This document shows, piece by piece, positions 38,710 to 48,325 of a stretch of 64,000 nucleotides of DNA. The stretch covers positions 1 to 64,000 of the forward strand of contig QCUR01000007.1 in NCBI GenBank assembly GCA_003208875.1, in the 5' to 3' direction. Position 1 is the stretch's first letter. Each line of letters opens with the position of its first letter. The stretch comes from Prochlorococcus sp. AG-679-M23 (GTDB taxonomy: Bacteria > Cyanobacteriota > Cyanobacteriia > PCC-6307 > Cyanobiaceae). The notes beneath the pieces are model-generated. The model was not told the origin of the DNA. It made no database searches and saw only the letters and a program-made list of their open reading frames with translations. The translations under genes and the position numbers were made by a program.

Positions 38710-39432
38710 ATGTCTAAAGCCATCAATAAAAAAGATAAAAATTCAAAAACTGTTTCTATAAATAATTTGAGTCATTATTATGGGATTGATGAAAATAAGA
38801 AACAAGTACTTAATAATGTAAATTTCTTTATTGAAAAAGGAGAGTTAGTTCTTTTAAAAGGACCTTCTGGATGCGGTAAGACAACTCTTCTAACCTTAAT
38901 AGGTGCATTGAGAACATGCCAAAGTGGAGATTTGACAGTTTTAAATAATCAACTAAATGGAGCTTCAAGAAAAACTAGACAAAAACTTCGAAGAAATATA
39001 GGGATGATTTTTCAAGGACATAATTTGCTTAGATGTTTAACAGCAGAACAAAATGTTCAGATGGGAGCAGATCTAATTACAAACTTAACGTACTTACAAA
39101 GAAGAGAAGTAGCTAGGAAGTGGTTATCTGCGGTTGGTTTAGAGAGTCATCATAAAAAACTGCCAAATGGATTGTCAGGAGGGCAGAAACAAAGGGTTGC
39201 AATCGCAAGGGCATTATCCGCGAATCCCAAACTTTTACTTGCGGATGAACCTACTTCAGCTTTAGACAGCGTCACTGGAAGAGAAATAGTTTCACTTTTG
39301 CGGAAATTAGCAAAAGAGCAGAATTGTTCTGTCCTTATGGTTACTCATGATCCTAGGATTTCAGATATGGCTGACAGGATATTAAACATGGAAGATGGTA
39401 AGATATTTAATGCACTTAGTGAGCTAAGATAG
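38710..39432 (+). CDS. devA: ABC exporter ATP-binding protein, DevA family
   Basis: GPSGCGKTT, LSGGQKQR, DEPT. Confidence 0.92.
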   Translation: MSKAINKKDKNSKTVSINNLSHYYGIDENKKQVLNNVNFFIEKGELVLLKGPSGCGKTTLLTLIGALRTCQSGDLTVLNNQLNGASRKTRQKLRRNIGMIFQGHNLLRCLTAEQNVQMGADLITNLTYLQRREVARKWLSAVGLESHHKKLPNGLSGGQKQRVAIARALSANPKLLLADEPTSALDSVTGREIVSLLRKLAKEQNCSVLMVTHDPRISDMADRILNMEDGKIFNALSELR

Positions 39433-39454
39433 TCAAAAGTAAAAAAGAATTTTT

Positions 39455-39604
39455 ATGTCAAAGAGAAGAAATTTAAAAAAAGAAAAGCAAGACCGTAATC
39501 GCGCATATGCTAGAAAATTTAAAAAAAGAAAGCTTAGATCTGATGGTAGACCAGAAGGAAATAACGTAGCTGGAACTGCTAATAATGGCGGAGCAGCGGA
39601 TTAG
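39455..39604 (+). CDS. 49-aa highly basic small protein
   Basis: Manual ORF MSKRRNLKKEKQDRNRAYARKFKKRKLRSDGRPEGNNVAGTANNGGAAD*. Confidence 0.75.
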   Translation: MSKRRNLKKEKQDRNRAYARKFKKRKLRSDGRPEGNNVAGTANNGGAAD

Positions 39605-39660
39605 TAAAAATTTGGATTTTTTATATTTTAAAATTCTGTATATTAATAAATAAATAATAT

Positions 39661-40578
39661 ATGGTTATGAACGTAAGCATTGTTATTCCAACTTATAACA
39701 GAAAACCAATATTGGAAAAATGTCTAAAGGCTCTTGAGAATCAGAAGTTAAACGAGAATATCAGTAATTATGAAGTAATAGTTGTTGATGATGGATCTAC
39801 GGATGGCACAACCTATTGGATAAAAGATAATTATGAAGCTCTTCCTCATGTGGTCTTATATGAACAAGAACATGGTGGACCTGCTTTAGGAAGAAACCTA
39901 GGTGTAATGAAATCTAATTATGAAATTATCATTTTCATCGATAGTGATCTTATTGTTTTAGATGACTTTATAGCTTGTCATGTGAATAAACTATTATTCT
40001 CTTGGAATAAAAATAATAAAAAATGCTTTACTTATGGTTCAGTTATTAATACTTCTAATTTCTCGAATCCAGAAAGTGAAAGATATAAATTAACTGATTT
40101 TTCCTTTGCATACTTTGCTACTGGAAATGTTGCTATTTCAAAAGAATTACTTTTAAGTGTTGGATTATTTGATAACTCTTTTAGCCTTTATGGTTGGGAA
40201 GATCTAGAGTTGGGAGAGAGATTAAAAAAATTAGGGACAACATTAATTAAATGTCCAGAAGCTGTTGGATTTCATTGGCACCCCCCTTTTGATTGTGGGC
40301 AAATCGAATCACTAATATCCCAAGAAAAAGAGAGAGCAAGGATGGCTCTAGTATTTTATAAAAAACACACAAATTTGAGAGTTAGATTTATGATTCAATT
40401 AACTCCGATTCATATTTTGCTTTGGCAGATAATTTGTCTGGGGGGATTGATAAGTATTAAAAGATTATTCCCGTTACTAAGATTTCTAATTGATTCAGGG
40501 AGAAATAGAATTGCATTAGAGATTGTTAGAATTCCGCTTAATTTAATTTATGTAAAAGAACTTAGAAGATTAATTTAA
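39661..40578 (+). CDS. glycosyltransferase family 2
   Basis: SIVIPTYNR, VVDDGSTD, FIDSD, GWEDLELG. Confidence 0.92.
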   Translation: MVMNVSIVIPTYNRKPILEKCLKALENQKLNENISNYEVIVVDDGSTDGTTYWIKDNYEALPHVVLYEQEHGGPALGRNLGVMKSNYEIIIFIDSDLIVLDDFIACHVNKLLFSWNKNNKKCFTYGSVINTSNFSNPESERYKLTDFSFAYFATGNVAISKELLLSVGLFDNSFSLYGWEDLELGERLKKLGTTLIKCPEAVGFHWHPPFDCGQIESLISQEKERARMALVFYKKHTNLRVRFMIQLTPIHILLWQIICLGGLISIKRLFPLLRFLIDSGRNRIALEIVRIPLNLIYVKELRRLI

Positions 40579-40626
40579 ATTTTAAAATTAATCTTAAAAG
40601 ACATTCTTTTAGGATTTCTGATTATT

Positions 40627-40635
40627 TGCTACAAT
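40627..40635 (+). promoter_or_regulatory. extended -10 promoter of rpsB-tsf
   Basis: TGcTACAAT just upstream of the leader. Confidence 0.5.
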
Positions 40636-40649
40636 ATTAAAAAATAAAA

Positions 40650-40720
40650 CCACACATCTGACTGTTTCGGGTGATTTAAATATTTAAATTTCCCGTCGGA
40701 TGGAGGCTAACCCGAAACTT
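40650..40720 (+). ncRNA. rpsB (S2) 5' leader, pseudoknotted autoregulatory element
   Basis: CATCTGAC 40655-62 pairs GTCGGATG 40695-702; GTTTCGGGT 40664-72 pairs ACCCGAAAC 40710-18; directly upstream of rpsB. Confidence 0.8.
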
Positions 40721-40728
40721 ATTTAAAC

Positions 40729-41433
40729 ATGGCTGTTGTATCACTATCTGAAATGATGGAAGCTGGTGCCCATTTTGGACATCAAACTAGACGTTGGAAT
40801 CCCAAAATGTCTAAATATATATATTGTGCGAGAAATGGGGTTCATATTATTGATCTTGTTAAGACTGCTCTATGCATGAATAATGCTTATAAGTGGACAA
40901 GGAACGCTGCAAAAAGTGGAAAAAGATTTCTTTTTGTTGGTACGAAAAAGCAAGCATCAGATGTTGTTGCTCAAGAAGCTGTTAGATGTGGTGCCGCTTA
41001 CGTGAATCAGAGATGGTTAGGAGGTATGCTTACTAACTGGACTACTATGAAAGCAAGGATAGAAAGATTGAAAGATCTTGAGAGAATGGAAAGTAGTGGG
41101 GCTATCGCTATGCGACCAAAAAAAGAAGCTGCTGTTTTGAGACGAGAGCTAGAACGCTTGCAGAAGTATTTAGGTGGTCTTAAAGGTATGAGAAGATTAC
41201 CTGATGTAGTTGTTCTTGTAGATCAAAGAAGAGAATCTAATGCCGTTCTTGAAGCTAGAAAATTAGACATTTCTTTAGTTTCAATGTTAGATACTAACTG
41301 TGATCCTGATTTGTGTGAAGTCCCTATTCCATGCAATGATGATGCAGTGAGGTCTGTTCAACTTATTTTAGGACGACTTGCAGATGCAATTAATGAGGGA
41401 AGAAAAGGTTCTAACGATCAAAGAAAAAATTAA
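40729..41433 (+). CDS. rpsB: 30S ribosomal protein S2
   Basis: [26 protein letters not shown]. Confidence 0.99.
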   Translation: MAVVSLSEMMEAGAHFGHQTRRWNPKMSKYIYCARNGVHIIDLVKTALCMNNAYKWTRNAAKSGKRFLFVGTKKQASDVVAQEAVRCGAAYVNQRWLGGMLTNWTTMKARIERLKDLERMESSGAIAMRPKKEAAVLRRELERLQKYLGGLKGMRRLPDVVVLVDQRRESNAVLEARKLDISLVSMLDTNCDPDLCEVPIPCNDDAVRSVQLILGRLADAINEGRKGSNDQRKN

Positions 41434-41477
41434 TTTACTTTCAAACTTTAATAAAAACAAAAACATTATCTTTTTAA

Positions 41478-42134
41478 ATGGGAAACATTACAGCAAAACT
41501 AGTTAAGGATCTTAGAGATAAGACTGGAGCAGGAATGATGGATTGCAAAAAGGCTTTAAACGAGACAAATGGAAATGTTGAAAAAGCCTTAGAATGGTTA
41601 AGGAAGAAAGGTATAGCAAGTGCAGAGAAGAAATCGGGAAGAGTTGCTGCTGAAGGTTCTATTGGCAGCTATATACATACGGGTTCAAGGGTCGGTGTTC
41701 TTTTAGAACTAAATTGTGAAACTGACTTTGTTGCTAGAGGAGATATATTTCAATCTCTTTTAAAAGACGTATCTATGCAAGTTGCTGCATGTCCAAATGT
41801 AGAGTACGTATCTATTGATCAAATACCAAAAGATATAGTCGAGAAAGAAAAACAAATAGAAATGGGTAGAGATGATTTGTCTGGCAAACCAGAAAATATT
41901 AAAGAAAAAATTGTTGAGGGAAGAATAGCTAAAAGACTAAATGAGTTAGTCTTGCTTTCTCAACCTTATATAAAAGATAGTGCACTTACAGTTGAGGATC
42001 TTGTGAAACAAGCAGCAGCTAAAATTGGTGAAAATATCAAAGTTAGACGTTTTACTAGATACACATTAGGAGAGGGTATTGAAAAAAATGATATGGACTT
42101 TGCTGATGAAGTCGCATCTTTAAAGTCAAACTAA
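41478..42134 (+). CDS. tsf: elongation factor Ts
   Basis: [24 protein letters not shown]. Confidence 0.99.
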   Translation: MGNITAKLVKDLRDKTGAGMMDCKKALNETNGNVEKALEWLRKKGIASAEKKSGRVAAEGSIGSYIHTGSRVGVLLELNCETDFVARGDIFQSLLKDVSMQVAACPNVEYVSIDQIPKDIVEKEKQIEMGRDDLSGKPENIKEKIVEGRIAKRLNELVLLSQPYIKDSALTVEDLVKQAAAKIGENIKVRRFTRYTLGEGIEKNDMDFADEVASLKSN

Positions 42135-42139
42135 AAAAC

Positions 42140-43213
42140 TTGAGCAATAGTATAAAAGGTAGAAATTCAAAAGAAGTTATAGTTCAGCTAAAGAGGGCTG
42201 AAATCCAAAAAAATATATTAATAAAAAAGATTTATAAAGAATATGATGCCTACTTTAATACCGTAAGAAAATCTATACTTAACTCTGCTAAAAAAGGTAT
42301 AGCTGGCCTTTATTCTAATTTTTCTATTAATGACAAAGCATTAAACTCAAAAGAATTAAATATATTCTTAAACAAAAATATTAATCTGCTTATTAAATCA
42401 AAACTGCCCTTTATAACTATTGAACAACTTAAGTTAGGTGATATTAGTGATCCTACAAAAAAATTAGTAAATGTAAATGTCTTAAAAGAACTGCTAAAAC
42501 GAAAAGAATATCAAACAGTAAATATTGATTATGAGAATGAAATAACTGCTAACGAATCCATAGAATTTCATTGCGATAATAATTTAAATACATATGAATA
42601 TTATGAGACTTTAAGAGAAGATGAAATGTCATCTGTAAATTTAGATGAAAGTAGTTATTTAAATTCTTTTTCTAAAGAAATAAGTATTGAAAAGATTGAA
42701 GATGGGAAACATTTAGTTAATGCTGTCCTTGAATTAATAGAAGAAACAAGTGATGATAAATTAATTGATTATGAAAAAATAAATGATCAAGCCTCTGATG
42801 TTTTTATCTCAAGTGATAATTTAAATATTTTTGAATTTATTGATAAATCATTTAGCAATTTTTTATTGAATATTTCATATAAGATTAATTTAGAATTATT
42901 TAAAATAAAGTTAATAAAAAGAATTTTAACTGAAGAAACATTCAAATGTTTATCAAATAATAATTCTATAATTAAACATCCAAATCCTTTTGTTATTAGA
43001 TATGATTTGTATCCAGATAAGTTATCTCCAATTAATAATAAGTCTTCTGATGTTTATTTATTAAATATTACTAATGTTGAATTAGAACTTTATAACTTAG
43101 ATCTTTCAACCTGTAGAAATAATATAAATGAATTAAAAAATAGGTTTAAATTATTAAATAAAAAGCAAAGATATTGGAAAAATAAAAAACTTGCTTCATC
43201 TATTTCAAACTAA
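42140..43213 (+). CDS. hypothetical protein (very AT-rich)
   Basis: 357-aa ORF between tsf and recG. Confidence 0.75.
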   Translation: MSNSIKGRNSKEVIVQLKRAEIQKNILIKKIYKEYDAYFNTVRKSILNSAKKGIAGLYSNFSINDKALNSKELNIFLNKNINLLIKSKLPFITIEQLKLGDISDPTKKLVNVNVLKELLKRKEYQTVNIDYENEITANESIEFHCDNNLNTYEYYETLREDEMSSVNLDESSYLNSFSKEISIEKIEDGKHLVNAVLELIEETSDDKLIDYEKINDQASDVFISSDNLNIFEFIDKSFSNFLLNISYKINLELFKIKLIKRILTEETFKCLSNNNSIIKHPNPFVIRYDLYPDKLSPINNKSSDVYLLNITNVELELYNLDLSTCRNNINELKNRFKLLNKKQRYWKNKKLASSISN

Positions 43214-43242
43214 TTAAAATTTAAATTTTTCTTGTTGATAAA

Positions 43243-45699
43243 GTGACTAATAATGAAGAATATATTAATTTAATTAAGGATTGGATTCGACCCCTTCAAA
43301 AAGCTCTTACGATTGAATCAGAAAATAGATTTATTAATTTACTAGGTGTCCAACAACATTTTAATGATTATTTAAATAAGTCATTAAGTAATTTAGATAA
43401 TTTGAAATTAACTAATGAATTTATTAAATTATTTGGTGAATTCTCAATTAAATATTCTGAATATAATGACTTAAACATCAATCAAAGAAAAAGATTGGTA
43501 ATTGATACTAGAAAAAGTCTACTGAAATTAGGTAAATCTATTGATTTAAATTATTCTAATAAAAATTCGGACAGTTATTTTTCAAAAGTCATAGATTCTA
43601 ATCTATCATTAAACTCAGATATTGAGTTAGTAAAAAGTATAGGAAAGATTAATAAAAATAAGCTAAATGAATTAGGTATATATAATATAAAAGACGTAAT
43701 TAATTATTTTCCACGAACTTATTTAGATTATACAAATAGAGTTAAAATTATTAATTTAAAACCTGATAATCTATATACCTGTATTGCAACTGTAAAAAAG
43801 TTTTACATTTATAAGAGTTCAAACAATAGTAATTTATCAATAATGAATATAGTGATATTTGATGAGACCTCCTCAATAAAAGTCACGAAATTTTTTTTAG
43901 GTAAGAGATTTAGATCTTATTCATTTTTTTCTTCTCAGAAATCTCTATATATTCCAGGTACTAAATTAGCGATATCTGGTAAGGTCAAATTATCTGAGTA
44001 TGGGAAAAATTTTGTAGACCCGCAGATAGAAATTTTAAATACAAATGAAGAATCTTTTAATTTCTCTGGTAAGATTATGCCTTTATATTCGCTATCAGAA
44101 TCATTCTCAAATTTAAGTTTTATAAAATTAATTAAAAAAGTAATTATTTATTCAAAACAATATCCAGATCTACTTAATCAAAAACAACTTAACTCCTTAT
44201 CTTTAGTTTCAAAAAGTGATTCTTTAATAAATATTCATTTACCTATAAATCAGGATGCTTTGATTGAGTCAAAAAAACGATTGGTATTCGATGAACTATT
44301 TCTATTGCAAATGAAGTTTTTATTAAGAAAAAGGAAGAACAATAAAAAATTAACTATTCAAAAATCTATTAAAAAGAATTTTTTACTTAAAGATTTTTTA
44401 AATAAAGTTCCTTTTCAATTAACAAAATCTCAAGAAAAAGTACTTGATGAAATTAAATCTGATTTATCAGATTTAACACCTATGTCGAGACTACTACAAG
44501 GAGATGTTGGCAGTGGTAAAACTGTTATTGCAATCGCATCTCTTTTAATTGAACTTGAAAAAGATCAACAAGGTGCATTAATGGTTCCTACTGAAGTACT
44601 TGCCTCACAGCACTATAAAAATTTAATACAATTCTTGAACCCACTTTTAGTTTCTGTAGAACTTCTTACAGGTAATACCCCACAGAAAAAGAGAAAAGAA
44701 ATACTTACAAACTTAAAAAATGGAATGGTAGATATTCTCGTAGGTACGCATGCATTATTTGAAGATAAAGTTGTCTTTAATTCATTAGGGATGGTAGTCA
44801 TAGATGAACAGCATAGGTTTGGTGTTACACAAAGAAATCGATTACTTAACAAAGGAGATAATACTAATTTGTTATCAATGACAGCTACTCCCATACCTAG
44901 GACTCTTGCTTTATCATTATATGGTGATTTAGATATTAGTCAGATTACAGAACTCCCCCCAGGAAGAGTTCCAATAACAACAAAAATTATTTCAGAAAAA
45001 GAGTTAAACAAACTATTTAAACATGTTGAGAATGAGATAAATAACGGAAAGCAAGCTTATGTAATTTTGCCGTTAATTGAAGATTCTGAAAAAATGAATT
45101 TAAGTTCTGCAAAAAAGATCTTTAAATATTTATCAGAGGAAATTTTTTTAAAAAATAATGTTGGATTATTACATGGAAAATTAAATTCTGAAGAGAAGAA
45201 AAATGTCATTAATTCTTTTGTAAATAATGAAGTAAATATATTGGTTTCTACCACAGTTATTGAGGTAGGAATTGATGTACCTAATGCTTCAATTATGATT
45301 ATTTATAATTCAGAAAGATTTGGGTTGTCTCAATTACACCAGTTACGAGGGAGAGTTGGGAGAGGATCCCATAAATCATTTTGTTACTTAGTAACTTCTG
45401 AAAATAATGGATTAGAAAATAAAAGGCTAACTGTATTAGAAAAATCTAATGATGGTTTTTATATCGCGGAAAAAGACTTGGAACTTAGAGGACCCGGCCA
45501 ACTCTTGGGATATAAGCAGTCGGGATTACCTGATTTTGTATTGGATAACTTACCAAATAATAAAGTTTTAATTGAAAAGGCTAGAGAAGAGGCTCAGAGG
45601 GTAATAAATGAAGATCCTGACTTAAGAAAAAATATTTTATTAAAAGATTTGCTAATCGATAATTCTGATAATAAATTTATTCATGACTTCTTAAATTAA
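43243..45699 (+). CDS. recG: ATP-dependent DNA helicase RecG
   Basis: LLQGDVGSGKT, DEQHRFG, TATPIPR, QLHQLRGRVGR. Confidence 0.97.
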   Translation: MTNNEEYINLIKDWIRPLQKALTIESENRFINLLGVQQHFNDYLNKSLSNLDNLKLTNEFIKLFGEFSIKYSEYNDLNINQRKRLVIDTRKSLLKLGKSIDLNYSNKNSDSYFSKVIDSNLSLNSDIELVKSIGKINKNKLNELGIYNIKDVINYFPRTYLDYTNRVKIINLKPDNLYTCIATVKKFYIYKSSNNSNLSIMNIVIFDETSSIKVTKFFLGKRFRSYSFFSSQKSLYIPGTKLAISGKVKLSEYGKNFVDPQIEILNTNEESFNFSGKIMPLYSLSESFSNLSFIKLIKKVIIYSKQYPDLLNQKQLNSLSLVSKSDSLINIHLPINQDALIESKKRLVFDELFLLQMKFLLRKRKNNKKLTIQKSIKKNFLLKDFLNKVPFQLTKSQEKVLDEIKSDLSDLTPMSRLLQGDVGSGKTVIAIASLLIELEKDQQGALMVPTEVLASQHYKNLIQFLNPLLVSVELLTGNTPQKKRKEILTNLKNGMVDILVGTHALFEDKVVFNSLGMVVIDEQHRFGVTQRNRLLNKGDNTNLLSMTATPIPRTLALSLYGDLDISQITELPPGRVPITTKIISEKELNKLFKHVENEINNGKQAYVILPLIEDSEKMNLSSAKKIFKYLSEEIFLKNNVGLLHGKLNSEEKKNVINSFVNNEVNILVSTTVIEVGIDVPNASIMIIYNSERFGLSQLHQLRGRVGRGSHKSFCYLVTSENNGLENKRLTVLEKSNDGFYIAEKDLELRGPGQLLGYKQSGLPDFVLDNLPNNKVLIEKAREEAQRVINEDPDLRKNILLKDLLIDNSDNKFIHDFLN

Positions 45700-45757
45700 A
45701 ACTTTTAATTGTCAATTTTTAAATATATGCAAATATAAAATCAATAGACAAAGTTCA

Positions 45758-46444
45758 TTGAAAATTTGGAATGAGATCCCAATTGAGGAGAATAAAGATA
45801 AATTAATTGCAATCCCAAGTTGTTTTAAATTTGTTAGTCCTCATCCTTACTATGATTTAGGTGCTCCTTATAATGAAAAAAAGTCCATTTGGAAATTAAG
45901 AGAAGAAGTTGTAAAAAGATTAATAAAAGTAAATGACTTTTTAAAATTAAAAAATAATAATTTATCCCTTTTGATTTATGACAGTTGGCGACCTATTGAA
46001 GTTCAAAAATTTATGTTCAATAGAGCTTTTATTTTGGAATGTGAAAGGCTAGATATTGATGCTTCTGAAAAAGATATGGAACGATATCCCATAGTTAAAA
46101 AATATGTTGAGAAATTTTGGGCATATCCTTCGTTCGATGACAGATGTCCACCACCACATTCAACTGGAGGTGCTTTAGATATCACTTTGGCTGATAGGTA
46201 TGGAAATATTATATATATGGGAAGTAATATTGATCAGATGGATGATAAATCAAAACCAGATTTTTATAATAATATTGATTGTGTAGATGCAATTATCTGG
46301 AATGATAGAAGAAAGTTACTAAAAGAAATTATGATTAAATTTGAATTTGTTCAGCATCCAAATGAGTGGTGGCATTTTAGTTATGGAGATCAACTATGGG
46401 CTTGGAAGAATAAAAAGCCTAATGCTTTGTATGGGAAAATATGA
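45758..46444 (+). CDS. D-alanyl-D-alanine dipeptidase (M15D, VanX/DdpX-like)
   Basis: YDSWRP, PPHSTGGALD, EWWHFSYGD. Confidence 0.88.
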   Translation: MKIWNEIPIEENKDKLIAIPSCFKFVSPHPYYDLGAPYNEKKSIWKLREEVVKRLIKVNDFLKLKNNNLSLLIYDSWRPIEVQKFMFNRAFILECERLDIDASEKDMERYPIVKKYVEKFWAYPSFDDRCPPPHSTGGALDITLADRYGNIIYMGSNIDQMDDKSKPDFYNNIDCVDAIIWNDRRKLLKEIMIKFEFVQHPNEWWHFSYGDQLWAWKNKKPNALYGKI

Positions 46445-46447
46445 TTT

Positions 46448-48238
46448 TTAATTTATCTCGCTTAGTAAATTTGTAATGAAAGATTCCTTTTGATTGTTAA
46501 TATAATCCCCAAAATCTTTTTCGGGGCTGCTTTTCTTCCAAAGTTCTAATAAAGGTTTAATAGTTTTTTCTAAATTATCAAGTTCCATTCTCTGCAAATA
46601 TGGTTTAGCTAATCTTTGAAGGTTTTTACTTCCCCCCAACCATAGTTGATATTTATTCTGCCCACTTCCAACAAGAGCTAATTCTGCCATATAAGGTCTT
46701 GTACATCCATTAGGACATCCTGTCATTCTAAATAATATTGTCTTCTCTATATCCATATCATTTAATAGATTTTCTATTCTATTAAGAACTTCAGGTAAAA
46801 TTCTTTCCGCTTCGGTCATGGCTAGACCACAAAGGGGGAGGGCAGGACATGCTAAAGCATGTCTTTGAATTTCATTGATGTCATTAAGATTGTCATATCC
46901 AATCTTTTTTAAGGCCTCTTTAATTTCGCTTTTATTTTTATTGGGAATATTACAAAGTAAAATATCTTGATTAGGAGTAAGTCTTAAATCAAGATCATTT
47001 TCTTTAACAAGATCTCTTATTAATGATTTCTTCTTTCCAGAAAGCCTTCCTGATAATAAAGGTAATCCAACAAAAAAATAATCTTTATTTTGTTTATGCC
47101 AACCTAGATAATCAATTAATTTATTTTCTGGTTCTTTTCTTAAAGGCTTAATTTCTTTTCTAAAATATTTATCTAAAAGTATTTTTTTAAACCATTTAAT
47201 ACCTTTCCTATTCAAAAGGTATTTCATTCTGGAATTTTTCCTTGATTTCCTATCTCCATAATCTCTTTGAATGGCAACAATACTTTGAATTAGTTCATAG
47301 GTGTCTTCTTTTTCAACATAACCAAGTGGATCTGCAATTCTTGCAAAGGTTTCTTCATTATTATGAGTTCGCCCCATTCCTCCACCGATATAAAAATTAC
47401 ATCCTTCGAAGTCACCTTCTTTTGAGGTAAATGCAACTATTCCAATATCATTAGTTAGGAGATCAACTGAATTATCGCCTGGAACGGTAACTGCACACTT
47501 AAACTTTCTCGGAAGGTATGTAGATCCATATAGAGGTTCTTGTTTTGTCCCGCTAAAAACATTCTCTTTAAATTGTAATTTCCTATTATCTTCAATTTCT
47601 TTATCTGGTTTTATTGTATATTCCAAATCGCCGTCAGCCCATAGCTCCAAAAAGGTTCCTTGTCCGGCTACTGGGGTTAAAAGATCGGCAACTTTTACTG
47701 CTAAAGTTCTTGCGGTTATGTATTCTGATGTTTCAAAAGGTGCAGCCGGAGCCATGACATTTCTATTTATGTCCCCACACGCAGCTAAAGTTGATCCCAT
47801 TGAATTTACAATAGATTTGATCACTTCCTTTAAGTTATCTTTTCTTATCCCATGCATTTGGAAGGCTTGTCTAGTAGTTACCCTCAGTGTGCCGTTCCCA
47901 AGTTTGTCAGATAATTCATCTAAAGATAAAAATAATTTACCAGGTATTTCTCCTCCTGGACTTCTTAACCTAAGCATCATCTGCCAATCTTTACTTTTCC
48001 CAGGCTTCCTGTTCTCTCTATTATCTTGTTGATAACTCCCATGGAATTTCAATAACTGAACAGCATCATTAGTAAAATGATCGCTTTCATTTTCTAATTC
48101 ACTTGCAAGTGGTTCCTTTAGAAAATCACTACTTTTCTTGAAATTCTCAAATTTAGATACTTCAAGACCATTTGCTAAACAAACTGTCTCTTGCTTAACA
48201 AGTTCTTTTTTCTTTTTTACTTTTTCGACCTTGATCAA
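46448..48238 (-). CDS. sir: ferredoxin-sulfite reductase
   Basis: KFHGSYQQDNR, ACGDINRN, ACPALPLC, TGCPNGC. Confidence 0.95.
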   Translation of the reverse strand: MIKVEKVKKKKELVKQETVCLANGLEVSKFENFKKSSDFLKEPLASELENESDHFTNDAVQLLKFHGSYQQDNRENRKPGKSKDWQMMLRLRSPGGEIPGKLFLSLDELSDKLGNGTLRVTTRQAFQMHGIRKDNLKEVIKSIVNSMGSTLAACGDINRNVMAPAAPFETSEYITARTLAVKVADLLTPVAGQGTFLELWADGDLEYTIKPDKEIEDNRKLQFKENVFSGTKQEPLYGSTYLPRKFKCAVTVPGDNSVDLLTNDIGIVAFTSKEGDFEGCNFYIGGGMGRTHNNEETFARIADPLGYVEKEDTYELIQSIVAIQRDYGDRKSRKNSRMKYLLNRKGIKWFKKILLDKYFRKEIKPLRKEPENKLIDYLGWHKQNKDYFFVGLPLLSGRLSGKKKSLIRDLVKENDLDLRLTPNQDILLCNIPNKNKSEIKEALKKIGYDNLNDINEIQRHALACPALPLCGLAMTEAERILPEVLNRIENLLNDMDIEKTILFRMTGCPNGCTRPYMAELALVGSGQNKYQLWLGGSKNLQRLAKPYLQRMELDNLEKTIKPLLELWKKSSPEKDFGDYINNQKESFITNLLSEIN

Positions 48239-48325
48239 GGGACCAAAACATATCTCTTTTTATACATTAGCGAAAAGCTTATTTAACTGGTAGTAAATTA
48301 TAGTTGTAATAGCTATAAATTATTC

